A DNA stretch of 43,687 nt from Nanobdellota archaeon (lineage in GTDB: Archaea; Nanobdellota; Nanobdellia; Pacearchaeales; GW2011-AR1). The stretch lies in the NCBI GenBank assembly GCA_038045985.1, contig JBBSXA010000017.1:18799-62485 (forward strand), read 5' to 3'. The notes beneath the pieces are model-generated. The model saw nothing but the letters and a program-made list of their open reading frames with translations. It ran no database searches and had not been told where the DNA came from. The translations under genes and the position numbers were made by a program. Of the stretch, positions 9,792 to 18,770 are shown piece after piece (position 1 is the stretch's first letter; each line of letters starts with the position of its first letter).

Positions 9792-10127
9792 ATGGATGAT
9801 GGGCAATTAACTGGAAAAGAAAGGATAGTAAGGAAATAATACTTAGACGGTCGTGGTGCACCTGACGATGCAAATTTATTGATTGAATTTAGAAGATCTG
9901 TGTCTTTTGTTTTGAGGGCAGGGACTTACTACAATATAAGAAGTGGGAAAAGAACCGGGCTTAGAAGTGCGTATAGAGTTATTGAGAAACTTGATGACGA
10001 AAGGTTGAGGCTTATGAAAATTGAAGATGAAAAAGAGCTGGATAAATTGGAAAATTTAATTCTTGGCTATACTCCATTTATAGCAGAATCATCGCATGGA
10101 AGAAAAATCCCTAAAAAACATCCTTGA
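9792..10127 (+). pseudogene. Hypothetical gene with in-frame TAA at 9837-9839
   Basis: ATG 9792 lies about 30 nt after TTTTATAAA and reads MDDGQLTGKERIVRK*YLDGRGAPDDANL, continuing in frame into ORF 9879..10127. Confidence 0.55.
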
Positions 10128-10206
10128 AATTTTGATGGATTCTTAGGTATATTAACAGTTTTATTTATTCTAAATAAACTATATATTCTAGAGTATATAC
10201 TTTAGC

Positions 10207-10452
10207 ATGGGAAATGACCTTGATTATGAAGGGAAGCCGAGAATTTTCGAGCTGGACGGAAAAAAGTATATTGTTGAGTATTCTGAAATCTTTGATTTAG
10301 TAAAGAAACGCAGTGATAGAATAAAATTTGCAATGAGGATTGCTGAGAAAAATCAAGATGGTGTTCAGTTGGTAGAGCCTGCAAGAGAAGATATTCTTGT
10401 GAAGCTGACAGAGAGAATTTTCGACAAAATTTCAAGAAATCTCATAAATTAA
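10207..10452 (+). CDS. Hypothetical protein
   Basis: 81-aa ORF with typical composition; AT-rich box upstream. Confidence 0.6.
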   Translation: MGNDLDYEGKPRIFELDGKKYIVEYSEIFDLVKKRSDRIKFAMRIAEKNQDGVQLVEPAREDILVKLTERIFDKISRNLIN

Positions 10453-10453
10453 T

Positions 10454-10729
10454 TTATTTTTTTGATTTGATTATTAATTCTCTTATATTTTCATCGAGAA
10501 TAATTTTGTTTACCTTAGAATCGCTTCTCATTTCTGCTGCTTTTAAAAGCTCTTCAAAAACTTTTTCTTCTAAATTTAACTTTAATGCATTTGGATTTTC
10601 TGAGGGATTGTAGTCAGATTCCATCCCTAAAATTACTGGTGGCAGGTCAGATATTACAATTCCATTTCTTGAAGTAGGATCATAAAAAAACTCTCCAAAG
10701 GCTATTTTTGGAATATAATAAATTTCCAT
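10454..10729 (-). CDS. Hypothetical protein
   Basis: 91-aa ORF, convergent with the previous gene without overlap. Confidence 0.6.
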   Translation of the reverse strand: MEIYYIPKIAFGEFFYDPTSRNGIVISDLPPVILGMESDYNPSENPNALKLNLEEKVFEELLKAAEMRSDSKVNKIILDENIRELIIKSKK

Positions 10730-10844
10730 AGGATTTGATAATCTTATTACTTATAAAGATTGCTGCATCAAGATAGAGTTAATTTAACCTCCTAAACTAG
10801 ATGGCAGGGCAAGTTTTATAAATCAATTTCCTGTGTAATTTTTT

Positions 10845-11276
10845 ATGTCAATCAAAAATAATTTACAATATTTGGATGGATTTCTTAACCCAGTCAGCGA
10901 TGCAACAGAAGCAAAGATAGCTTTGACGAGGGCATTCAATGGCGATGAAGGAGAGTATAATGGGCTGGAGTATAGCACGCCTTATTTTAGGGCAGAAGTT
11001 ATTGATGTTTTTAGCAGGGGATTGGCAGAGGCATTTTTTGGAATTTACAATGATCAAAAATTTATTGAAGCGATAGAGGTTAATCCTGATTTAGAGGAAA
11101 GACTGAAGAAGCTCGATAATGATCTTACTATCGGAATTGGGGCGCAGGTGAAAAAAATCAGCTATGAAGATTGGGTGAAAGGTGAGAGGGGCAGTTTAAC
11201 CGAAGCTTACCAGGAATTATCCATTAGATATTATAATTTAAGGAAAGAGCTTGAAAAGCTGGAAGACAACCTTTAA
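10845..11276 (+). CDS. Hypothetical protein
   Basis: 143-aa ORF; TTTTATAA about 30 nt upstream. Confidence 0.65.
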   Translation: MSIKNNLQYLDGFLNPVSDATEAKIALTRAFNGDEGEYNGLEYSTPYFRAEVIDVFSRGLAEAFFGIYNDQKFIEAIEVNPDLEERLKKLDNDLTIGIGAQVKKISYEDWVKGERGSLTEAYQELSIRYYNLRKELEKLEDNL

Positions 11277-11340
11277 AAACTATTTTTCTTGATATTATCT
11301 ATGAATAAAGATTATAATGCTAGTAGGTGGATTAACTAAA

Positions 11341-11610
11341 ATGTCAAAAATGATTAACGGAAAAGTTATTCAGTTCAGAATGGGAAGGCATACTATTCAC
11401 AAAAGGCATTTTCTTATAGAGATAAATGGAATTTCCAGCAAAGAGAAAGCTGAAAAATTTATTGGAAAGGAAGTTGAATGGAAGAGTCCTGCTGGCAAAG
11501 TTATAAAGGGAAAAATATCTGGAGCTCATGGAAATAAAGGAATTGTGAGAGCTATTTTTGAAAGAGGCCTTCCAGGTCAGGCTGTCACAACAAGTGTGGA
11601 GATAAAATGA
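11341..11610 (+). CDS. rpl35ae: 50S ribosomal protein L35Ae
   Basis: FRMGRHT...AEKFIGKEVEWKSPAGKVIKGKISGAHGNKGIVRAIFERGLPGQA. Confidence 0.95.
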   Translation: MSKMINGKVIQFRMGRHTIHKRHFLIEINGISSKEKAEKFIGKEVEWKSPAGKVIKGKISGAHGNKGIVRAIFERGLPGQAVTTSVEIK

Positions 11611-11882
11611 ATCCAAAATATATTTATATGATGAATGGAAAAAAAGAAGAAAAAAGAGCACCCATTAGAGAGATTAGCGAGCATCTAGATTCAGAAAAAT
11701 ATTATAGCCTTGCTTGGGGTGTAAATGGCGATGGCGTTAAAATGGATAAGGTTAATTATGCTTTTGTAAATAAAAATACGGTTGATGGCATATTAAATCA
11801 AATTGATAAAAAGAAAGTTTCTAGAATTGAAATCCATACTGAAGAAGATTTTTTTAAATCTTATGGGAAAATTAGAAAATGA
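11607..11882 (+). CDS. Hypothetical protein
   Basis: ATGA overlap with rpl35ae (start could be a later ATG). Confidence 0.6.
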   Translation: MNPKYIYMMNGKKEEKRAPIREISEHLDSEKYYSLAWGVNGDGVKMDKVNYAFVNKNTVDGILNQIDKKKVSRIEIHTEEDFFKSYGKIRK

Positions 11883-11904
11883 TATTTAGTGGAGGAATAG
11901 ACTA

Positions 11905-12207
11905 ATGGAAGCCAGAAAAAAAATTGAAGAAGCTAGAGAATTGCGGGAAAAAGTCAAGGGATTGGATGAGGTATCAAGATCCGGTACAGATGTTACTTTA
12001 ACCAATGGTAAAAAAGAGAATTATAACGGAGTAGTTATATACAAAGATATTTCAGGGAATTCTGGTTATTTTTTTAGGGAGAAGGGAGCTAATTATGAAA
12101 GGCATTTATACAAAAAAGATATAGTTGACATGTATACTGGAACTAACGGCAAAGGTGTAATTATTCAGATAGATAGCTCAAAAAGGAGAATGAAGAGAGC
12201 TGTTTAA
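11905..12207 (+). CDS. Hypothetical protein
   Basis: GGAGG upstream; 100-aa ORF. Confidence 0.65.
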   Translation: MEARKKIEEARELREKVKGLDEVSRSGTDVTLTNGKKENYNGVVIYKDISGNSGYFFREKGANYERHLYKKDIVDMYTGTNGKGVIIQIDSSKRRMKRAV

Positions 12208-12274
12208 AAAGGGGATTAACTAAAATCATAGATTTTGTAGACTCCAATTTTAAAAAGCAAGCAAACAAACTAAA

Positions 12275-12838
12275 ATGGGATTAAGAAAAGCAAGCGCGTA
12301 TTCAAAGAGAAGAGTTGTGCCCTACACTAGAGTAAGCAAGAGAAAAAGCAAGTCTTTCATAAAAACGGTGCCGCCCCAGAAAATTGTAAAGTTTACTATG
12401 GGAAGTCAAAAATTATTGAATGAAGGAAAACTCCCTTACCAACTAACTGTTGTTTCAGAGCAAAAAGCCCAAATTAGGCATAATGCCCTTGAAGCCTGCA
12501 GGCAGTATATAAACAAAATTGTGGATACACATTTTGCAGGCCAGTATCTTTTCAGAGTTATTCCTTTTCCTCATCATATTCAGAGAGAGAATAAAATGTT
12601 AACTGGAGCTGGAGCTGACAGAATGCAGACAGGAATGCAATTGGCTTTTGGAAGATCTCAAGGAAAAGCAGCAATTGTAAAGCCCGGAAGCAGGATTTTC
12701 TTTGTAGCTGTTCAGACGCCTAAGGCATTGGCTATTGTGAGAAAGGCTATTAAAGAAGTCAGGCCAAAGCTTCCGTGCAAGACGAGGATTCTATACGAAG
12801 AGGTGAAGCAGCCTTTACAGCCTTCTAAAAGCTTTTAA
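12275..12838 (+). CDS. rpl10e: 50S ribosomal protein L10e (uL16)
   Basis: QIRHNALEACR, FPHHIQRENKMLTGAGADRMQTGMQLAFG, KLPC. Confidence 0.96.
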   Translation: MGLRKASAYSKRRVVPYTRVSKRKSKSFIKTVPPQKIVKFTMGSQKLLNEGKLPYQLTVVSEQKAQIRHNALEACRQYINKIVDTHFAGQYLFRVIPFPHHIQRENKMLTGAGADRMQTGMQLAFGRSQGKAAIVKPGSRIFFVAVQTPKALAIVRKAIKEVRPKLPCKTRILYEEVKQPLQPSKSF

Positions 12839-13075
12839 AGCCTTTATAAATACATAATATGAACCTTGAGAGGACTTAAAAAGCAAGGTTTCTTTAAATA
12901 CTCTAATTTGTAACTCTTTTAAAGTAGCTACATATAGAAAAGTTTATATACTAGTGGTGTGTAGGGAAAGTATACCTTTACATACTCAAAGAAAAAGAGT
13001 GATGAAGATGGAACTAAAATTCCACAACATCGATATTAAGATATCGCTGAAAGGAGGTCAAAAACAATAAACAAA

Positions 13076-13762
13076 ATGGCAAACGAAAGAAACAACAGAA
13101 ATAGAAGAGACAACAGAGATAGTAGGAACAGCGGAGATAACAGAGCTAGCAGAAACAATAGAGAAAAAGAATTAACACCTCAAGAGAAAGAAACCCAAAG
13201 AGAGGTTGCTCTTAAAAATTTGAGTTCAGCAGGCCTGGTTAGTCTGGCTAGTGCTTATCAAGTCTATGCAGATAAAAAAAACTATGGGGAGATGGATAAT
13301 GCTGTTCTTGAGCAATACAAATACTTTCCAGCAATAGCTGGCGGAATAAAATATATTGACCCAGAAACAGGGCAGGAAACAGATTTAATGGCAAATTCTA
13401 TTTTAGCATCAAGAGAAGATGGAGAGAGATATTCAGGAAGCGTTTCTGAAAAGAAAGTCCTTAAAACAGCTGGATCTATAACCACTCAATCTTTAACAAG
13501 GGTTAAAGTTCAGGATGTTCTTGAGCTTTCTGGTTCAGGCAAAACAGTTCCGGAAAGGTATAAAAATGCATATGTAGGAGATTTGCTTTCTTCTGAAGAC
13601 AAGGAAACCAAGGAATTTGCTAAAAATTTAATTGGAGCATATGTAAGCTTATTCACGTCTAAGAATGTTCAAGACGCATACGGCGCTAGATCTGAAGACA
13701 TAAAGAAAAGCCTTGAAACACTTGTAGCTCCTGACGAAGCACAGAGCGCTAGAGCAGCTTAA
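13076..13762 (+). CDS. Hypothetical protein with N-terminal Arg/Asn/Asp tripeptide repeats
   Basis: 228-aa ORF; AGGAGG at 13052; T-rich tract after the stop. Confidence 0.8.
   Translation: MANERNNRNRRDNRDSRNSGDNRASRNNREKELTPQEKETQREVALKNLSSAGLVSLASAYQVYADKKNYGEMDNAVLEQYKYFPAIAGGIKYIDPETGQETDLMANSILASREDGERYSGSVSEKKVLKTAGSITTQSLTRVKVQDVLELSGSGKTVPERYKNAYVGDLLSSEDKETKEFAKNLIGAYVSLFTSKNVQDAYGARSEDIKKSLETLVAPDEAQSARAA
13088..13159 (+). repeat. Eight degenerate 9-nt repeats encoding R-(N/D)-x
   Basis: agaaacaac agaaataga agagacaac agagatagt aggaacagc ggagataac agagctagc agaaacaat. Confidence 0.75.
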
Positions 13763-13815
13763 TTTTTTATTTTTTAATTTTAATATATTTTAGATAAATT
13801 TTATTGATTTATAAT

Positions 13816-14271
13816 ATGGCAAACGAAATTCCAATGAAGAGAGAAAGAGTCCCGGATGTAAATGAAATTGGAGGAGAACTTGAAGGAGCAAAACTTGTTG
13901 TCAAAAGAGGGAATAGTTATTCTCAATTTACTAACAATTGCTATGATATTGCTTCAAGGATTTCTGATAAGCTTGGATATGAGATGCCTTCTAGGAGAGA
14001 AATTAGGGATTATGTTGAGATGCGAAAAAGAATGGGCATGATTAAAGGCTGGATTAAAAGAGGAATTCCAGGAACAGAGCCTCTTAATATTAAGGATTAT
14101 GAATATAAACTTCAACCTTCTTTAAGCTATCTTATAGTTAGGATTCCTGATGAAGATGGATGCGCACATGTTTCATTTGAGTTTATTAGAAGAGAATATA
14201 ACTATGGAGCAAGAGGTGATGATAATGCGCCAATACTCATGAAAATTCCTCTTCAAAAAACTAACAGATAA
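13816..14271 (+). CDS. Hypothetical protein
   Basis: ORF with likely ATG at 13816. Confidence 0.65.
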   Translation: MANEIPMKRERVPDVNEIGGELEGAKLVVKRGNSYSQFTNNCYDIASRISDKLGYEMPSRREIRDYVEMRKRMGMIKGWIKRGIPGTEPLNIKDYEYKLQPSLSYLIVRIPDEDGCAHVSFEFIRREYNYGARGDDNAPILMKIPLQKTNR

Positions 14272-14272
14272 A

Positions 14273-14617
14273 ATGGAAGAGAGAATAAAAATATTTTGTG
14301 ATGAAAATGGCTGTGCAAGAGTATTTAACAATCCGCAGGATAGATTCTTTTTATCTGATTTAGAAGAATTAAACAGGCATAATGGCAAAACCGAGAAGGA
14401 TAGAATAAATTACAATGGGAAAAGTGTTATATTCGAAGGGTGGGCTATAGAAAACCCTTCAACAGGGTTTATTCCAAAATCCGCAGCTGTTTTAGGATAT
14501 GAAGCTTCAAATAATGATTATGAAAGAATAAAAGATTCTCAAGAAATGGCAGATATTGAAAAGTTAATTAGAGAAAGATGGGGCGAGAGACTGGTTAGAT
14601 TATATTTTATTAGCTAA
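14273..14617 (+). CDS. Hypothetical protein
   Basis: 114-aa ORF, 1 nt after the previous stop. Confidence 0.65.
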   Translation: MEERIKIFCDENGCARVFNNPQDRFFLSDLEELNRHNGKTEKDRINYNGKSVIFEGWAIENPSTGFIPKSAAVLGYEASNNDYERIKDSQEMADIEKLIRERWGERLVRLYFIS

Positions 14618-14618
14618 A

Positions 14619-15482
14619 TCAAGAATTTCTTTCAACAATATCCTTTACAAGAAGAGTCATAACGTCAACAAATTCTTCTGCGCGGGTCTGCCACGCATCA
14701 ATCTCAATTCCTTTCAAGTCTCTTAGCTCACCGTGGCTTATTTTTTTGTGCAAAAGAAGAAGATCCCTAAACCATATTACATACTTCATCTTTAATTTTC
14801 CAGAATTTACAAAATGCTCTTTTAAGTCAACAGTGAGATGTTCTGGCGAAGGCGGAAGAACATTTATTGCTATTAAAACAGCGTGCGCTGAATCCACCAT
14901 TGCCCAAAATAATCCTTCAATTGCCCCTAACTCTGATGCCCTGCTTCTTGCAAGATTTTCTGGCGCTCTCTGAAGAGAAACATAGATTGCCTCTGGCGAA
15001 GGTCTTATTTTTCCTTCAAGCAAAAGCCTCTTTAATGGCTCAAAAAATCCGGCGTAATCAAGGAGTGCTTCGCCGTGCCTTAAAATATTAATAACAACCG
15101 GATCACCTCTTAAAAGATCCTCCCACCATGTTGTTAACTTTACAGTGTTTATATGAATGCTTTGGGAGTAAGGATTTGATTTCATGAGCTTTTCAAGCTC
15201 TTCCCTATACCATGCAATAAGCTCTTGATCCCATTTTACTGAAGCATCGTCTAAAATTATTATTATATCAACGTCAGAGCTGGAATTTGCAGTTCCTTTT
15301 ACAGTTGAGCCGAAAAGAACTATTGACTTTACCAATCTGTCAAATTTTTTGTAAGCCTTTATGGCAAAGTCCATTGCGATGTCCTGCTCTGTTTTTAGCT
15401 GCAGAGTCGTTGGCTTGGCGCCTTCCTCTTTTCGGATTTTTTTTTCAGAAGCGATTCTCCTCACAAATTTCTTTTTTGCCAT
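14619..15482 (-). CDS. Nucleotidyltransferase-HEPN-like fusion protein
   Basis: LFGSTVKGTANSSSDVDIIIILDD; C-terminal LFWAMVDSAHAVLIA...PPSPEH...RDLLLLHKKISHG; paralogous to 7939..9765 (GKIRPSPEAI vs GKLKPSPEAI). Confidence 0.82.
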   Translation of the reverse strand: MAKKKFVRRIASEKKIRKEEGAKPTTLQLKTEQDIAMDFAIKAYKKFDRLVKSIVLFGSTVKGTANSSSDVDIIIILDDASVKWDQELIAWYREELEKLMKSNPYSQSIHINTVKLTTWWEDLLRGDPVVINILRHGEALLDYAGFFEPLKRLLLEGKIRPSPEAIYVSLQRAPENLARSRASELGAIEGLFWAMVDSAHAVLIAINVLPPSPEHLTVDLKEHFVNSGKLKMKYVIWFRDLLLLHKKISHGELRDLKGIEIDAWQTRAEEFVDVMTLLVKDIVERNS

Positions 15483-15555
15483 ATCAACCTCTATATTCTA
15501 TAATATATATTTTAGTTTTTAAATGTTATTAGTGAATGATTTATTTTTTTGAATT

Positions 15556-17373
15556 TTATTCCATAGGTCTTCCCGACATTCTTCCGCCTGCCTGCTGCCT
15601 AGAGCCGCCGAGTTCTGATGGAAGCTGTGAAAAGCCAGCACCCCAAGTTTCATAATTTATCTGGGGGAGCATCATCCCATATCCTCCAAAATAATTTTGT
15701 TGCAAGCCTATTGCCTGACTCCAGTAAGGCGCAACTCCTGTATTGTAAATAGGAGAGCCCATAAGCTCGAGAGATTCTGGAACAGGCGATCTTTTGAATT
15801 GTGTCCACCAAACACCAGCCTCGATGATTTTTTTTGCCTCTTCGCCTTTTTTTCCGAGCTTTTCCATCATCTCTTTAAGAGGAACATTTCCCATTCCCAT
15901 AGGCAGCTCTGTGTGCTCTATTCCAAAGTTATCAGAAAGATGAACGTGCCTTACATAAGGAGCAATTTTTTCAGTTTCTTTTATGATGTCTTTTTCAGTA
16001 TAGCCGTATTTTCTTAGCATGTTTATATGGCCGACGTCCCATGTTGCCCCAATTAGTTTTGAAGCTTTTTCTTTTGCCTCGTTTTCACTTAATCCGTATT
16101 CTTTTTTTATTTTTTTTGCAAACTCTTCTCTTGATTTTTCAACAAGGCTTCTTAAGCCTTCGCCAGTGCTTAAAGCAAAGCCAGCAGGGGGATTTTCAAT
16201 TGTAAGAAGAGGAGCTTTATCTCCGAATTTTTTGTAGGCTTCAAATGCGGAATTTCCGAAAGTTTTTGATGATTGTTCGAGGGCAAAATCATCTATTTTA
16301 ACGTATATATTTGGCACCACTTCTTCATGCTTTTTTAAATCTAAAAGAAGATTCTGCGTGGCTATTGATTGAGCAAATATGTTTTCAGGGTTAGACTTTA
16401 TCTGCTCCCAATAATTTTGAGATATTTTTCCTAGAACTTTTCTTTTCTCGTTGTCTCCATATTTATATGCCTTGCTGAATATGCTGTTGGCTTGCCTGTT
16501 GATATCTTCCAAATAAGTATGCGCCGTTTCAACTGTTCTGTATACATTTTGCTGTTCTGGAGGCAGGTCTTTAACGCTGTATTTAGGATTTTTATTTTTT
16601 TTGGCACGAAGATCCTCCATAAGATGCTGAATAAGCGGGCGATTCCTCTCGAGTATTTCATCGACTCTCTCTTGGTTAAAGTATAACTGGGAAATTGAAT
16701 TGTCCCATTCTGTCGAGTTTATGATTTCTAGATTTTGTTCTGGTGTATATTTTTTATATCTGATTGGCTTTATCTCTCCCGTTTTTTCGTCTTTTGAAAG
16801 TCCAGGATAATATTTTTCCTCTTCATCGAGAGGGTGAAGCCTTCCTGTCTCCCTGTTCACAGCCATAATCCTTTTGTATTTTGTTCCTTCTTCTCCTTCT
16901 GTCCACTTGTCTGGAGGCAAAAGTTGAGAGCCGGGAATTCCCTCTGCTGAATGAAAATTAACAGGAATGTTTCCATCTGGATTTAATTCATGCGCTCTTA
17001 GCAAAGTTTGAATTATTCTTTTTTCAGATTCAAGCCTGTTTATCTCGCTGAATCCTCCTCTTTGGTCTATTCCTGATACATCAATTACAGGACCGTGAAC
17101 AGAGACTTCTGCGCCAGTTAATTTTGCAAGCCTTCTGACTTCTTCTGTGTGCTGCCTGGGAATAGAGTCAACAATTTCTGGAGAGAGCATTTCAATTTCT
17201 ATCTGCTTTAAACCAGAAGATATTGAAGCGCCGACTTCTGTTAAAATATCTGGAGAAGGTTTTGTTGTAACCCCAAGCTGGCCTGTCTTAAAATAAGGGC
17301 TTAAAGGAGACGGCTTAAAGGAAGAATATCCTCCTTGATAAATATTTTCTATTTTGTAGTCTTCTTTTGTCAT
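15556..17373 (-). CDS. Xylose-isomerase-like / AP endonuclease family 2 TIM-barrel protein with large helical insertion
   Basis: VSVHGP, NFHS, IENPP, WDVGHINM, HVHLSDNFG.EHTELPMGMGNV, IIEAG. Confidence 0.78.
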   Translation of the reverse strand: MTKEDYKIENIYQGGYSSFKPSPLSPYFKTGQLGVTTKPSPDILTEVGASISSGLKQIEIEMLSPEIVDSIPRQHTEEVRRLAKLTGAEVSVHGPVIDVSGIDQRGGFSEINRLESEKRIIQTLLRAHELNPDGNIPVNFHSAEGIPGSQLLPPDKWTEGEEGTKYKRIMAVNRETGRLHPLDEEEKYYPGLSKDEKTGEIKPIRYKKYTPEQNLEIINSTEWDNSISQLYFNQERVDEILERNRPLIQHLMEDLRAKKNKNPKYSVKDLPPEQQNVYRTVETAHTYLEDINRQANSIFSKAYKYGDNEKRKVLGKISQNYWEQIKSNPENIFAQSIATQNLLLDLKKHEEVVPNIYVKIDDFALEQSSKTFGNSAFEAYKKFGDKAPLLTIENPPAGFALSTGEGLRSLVEKSREEFAKKIKKEYGLSENEAKEKASKLIGATWDVGHINMLRKYGYTEKDIIKETEKIAPYVRHVHLSDNFGIEHTELPMGMGNVPLKEMMEKLGKKGEEAKKIIEAGVWWTQFKRSPVPESLELMGSPIYNTGVAPYWSQAIGLQQNYFGGYGMMLPQINYETWGAGFSQLPSELGGSRQQAGGRMSGRPME

Positions 17374-17375
17374 TT

Positions 17376-17645
17376 TTATACAACCTTTAACTTCTTTTTT
17401 ATTAAATCTATATCGCTCTTTATATTAATAAAACTATGTTTTACTCCGACTTTTATTTCACCAATCTCCCTGCAGATTTTAATTATAAAACTTGTTATTA
17501 GGATAATTAAGGCAAAATTAAACTCACTAAGCCCCGGACTTCCTCCAAATATTAGCTGGATAAACCAGAATATCACTAAAATAGATAATATTATTATAAT
17601 GACATTTATGATAATATCAATTGTGCTTTTTTCTTTATTTCCCAT
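17376..17645 (-). CDS. Small two-TM membrane protein with coiled-coil tail
   Basis: Two hydrophobic segments around GGSPG; ends 2 nt before the TIM-barrel start. Confidence 0.7.
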   Translation of the reverse strand: MGNKEKSTIDIIINVIIIILSILVIFWFIQLIFGGSPGLSEFNFALIILITSFIIKICREIGEIKVGVKHSFINIKSDIDLIKKKLKVV

Positions 17646-17646
17646 T

Positions 17647-17742
17647 TTAATCAGGAGACCCGTTAATCAATATTTTAATTAAAAGTATTATTCCAAGGAA
17701 AATTATTAAAAATAAAATCAAGAGCCACCAAGGATATTCCAT
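17647..17742 (-). CDS. Putative 31-aa single-TM peptide (not in ORF track)
   Basis: MEYPWWLLILFLIIFLGIILLIKILINGSPD*; TATATAAA-like box upstream; stop 1 nt before the next ATG. Confidence 0.55.
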   Translation of the reverse strand: MEYPWWLLILFLIIFLGIILLIKILINGSPD

Positions 17743-17771
17743 CTTTTTATATGAAGTTTTAATTTATATAA

Positions 17772-18380
17772 TTATCTTCCAGATGCTTTGAATTCGTACT
17801 TTTTCTTTTCCCTGTCTGAAGCATTGTCGCGGCCAGCTTTGTCAATATCCAATCTTTCTGGAGTTTCGTATTTTTCTCTTGAAAAAGACTGGAGCCCTAG
17901 TTGATGAGATTCTGAAAATCTTTCTCTTGAAACCTCAAAGTTTGACTCAAATTTTTTTCTTCCAAATTCAGAGAAATCTGATTTTTGAATGGAAACATCC
18001 ATTGAGGCGTTAGTTCCCATATATCTTTGCTCTTCTGACGCGTTCGCTTCTGGAATATATTTTGAGCCAGAACTTCTTTTTATTTCTTCATCATCTTCTT
18101 CAGTAGAAAACCTTCTTCTAGGCCTGAATTCTGATGCTATGGCCACTTGTTCTAAAACGGGAGCTTTGGATTCGTTGCTTATTAAATCCTGGAGCTTTGC
18201 AGTGTCAAATTGGAATTGAAAATTTTGAGAACCTTCATTTAAACCCTCGTCTAAAAGCCCTTCTTCCAATTCTGATTCTTCTTCATGGTCGCCTGATTCT
18301 TTTTCCAGCTCATTTTCATCATCCAACTCTTCATGTTTTTCATCTTTTTTAATTTCTTTGAACTTCTTCTTTTTTGGCAT
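17772..18380 (-). CDS. Acidic, low-complexity hypothetical protein
   Basis: E/K/S-rich, 202 aa, probably disordered. Confidence 0.7.
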   Translation of the reverse strand: MPKKKKFKEIKKDEKHEELDDENELEKESGDHEEESELEEGLLDEGLNEGSQNFQFQFDTAKLQDLISNESKAPVLEQVAIASEFRPRRRFSTEEDDEEIKRSSGSKYIPEANASEEQRYMGTNASMDVSIQKSDFSEFGRKKFESNFEVSRERFSESHQLGLQSFSREKYETPERLDIDKAGRDNASDREKKKYEFKASGR

Positions 18381-18455
18381 TGTTTTTTGAGGATAATGAA
18401 ATATATAAAATATTCGGAAGTATAGATTTATATAATTTAGTTTATTATCCTGTTT

Positions 18456-18707
18456 ATGAGAAATAATCTTGTTAAAGACAGAGGCGCTTTTGTTATTCCT
18501 GGCTTAAATTCAACAACAGGAATAGTCAGAGTTACGGGTGTTTTAGTTCTGCTTTTTGGAATGGCTCTGATTGCAAATTCTTTTTTTGGAATTACAGGTT
18601 TTTCTGTGGGTGGAGGAGTAAATGATAATGCCGGCTCTATTTTAGGATTGGTGTTGGAGGCAGTCGGCGGCGCTCTGATATTAATAAGAATTGAGAAGAG
18701 TGATTAG
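18456..18707 (+). CDS. Small membrane protein (GITGFSV motif)
   Basis: Two TM segments flanking GITGFSVG; TTTATATA about 29 nt upstream. Confidence 0.7.
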   Translation: MRNNLVKDRGAFVIPGLNSTTGIVRVTGVLVLLFGMALIANSFFGITGFSVGGGVNDNAGSILGLVLEAVGGALILIRIEKSD

Positions 18708-18770
18708 TGTTTAAACTTAAAAGTTAAGACAAACGAAAGATTTAAAAAGTGAGCCTAAATTCTTTATGGC

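Noticed and set aside
9837-9839. Stop-codon reassignment
   Set aside because: TAA, TAG and TGA all terminate conserved genes normally in this window.
10763-10807. Imperfect intergenic hairpin as an ncRNA
   Set aside because: Many mismatches in an AT-rich divergent promoter gap; not distinguishable from chance.
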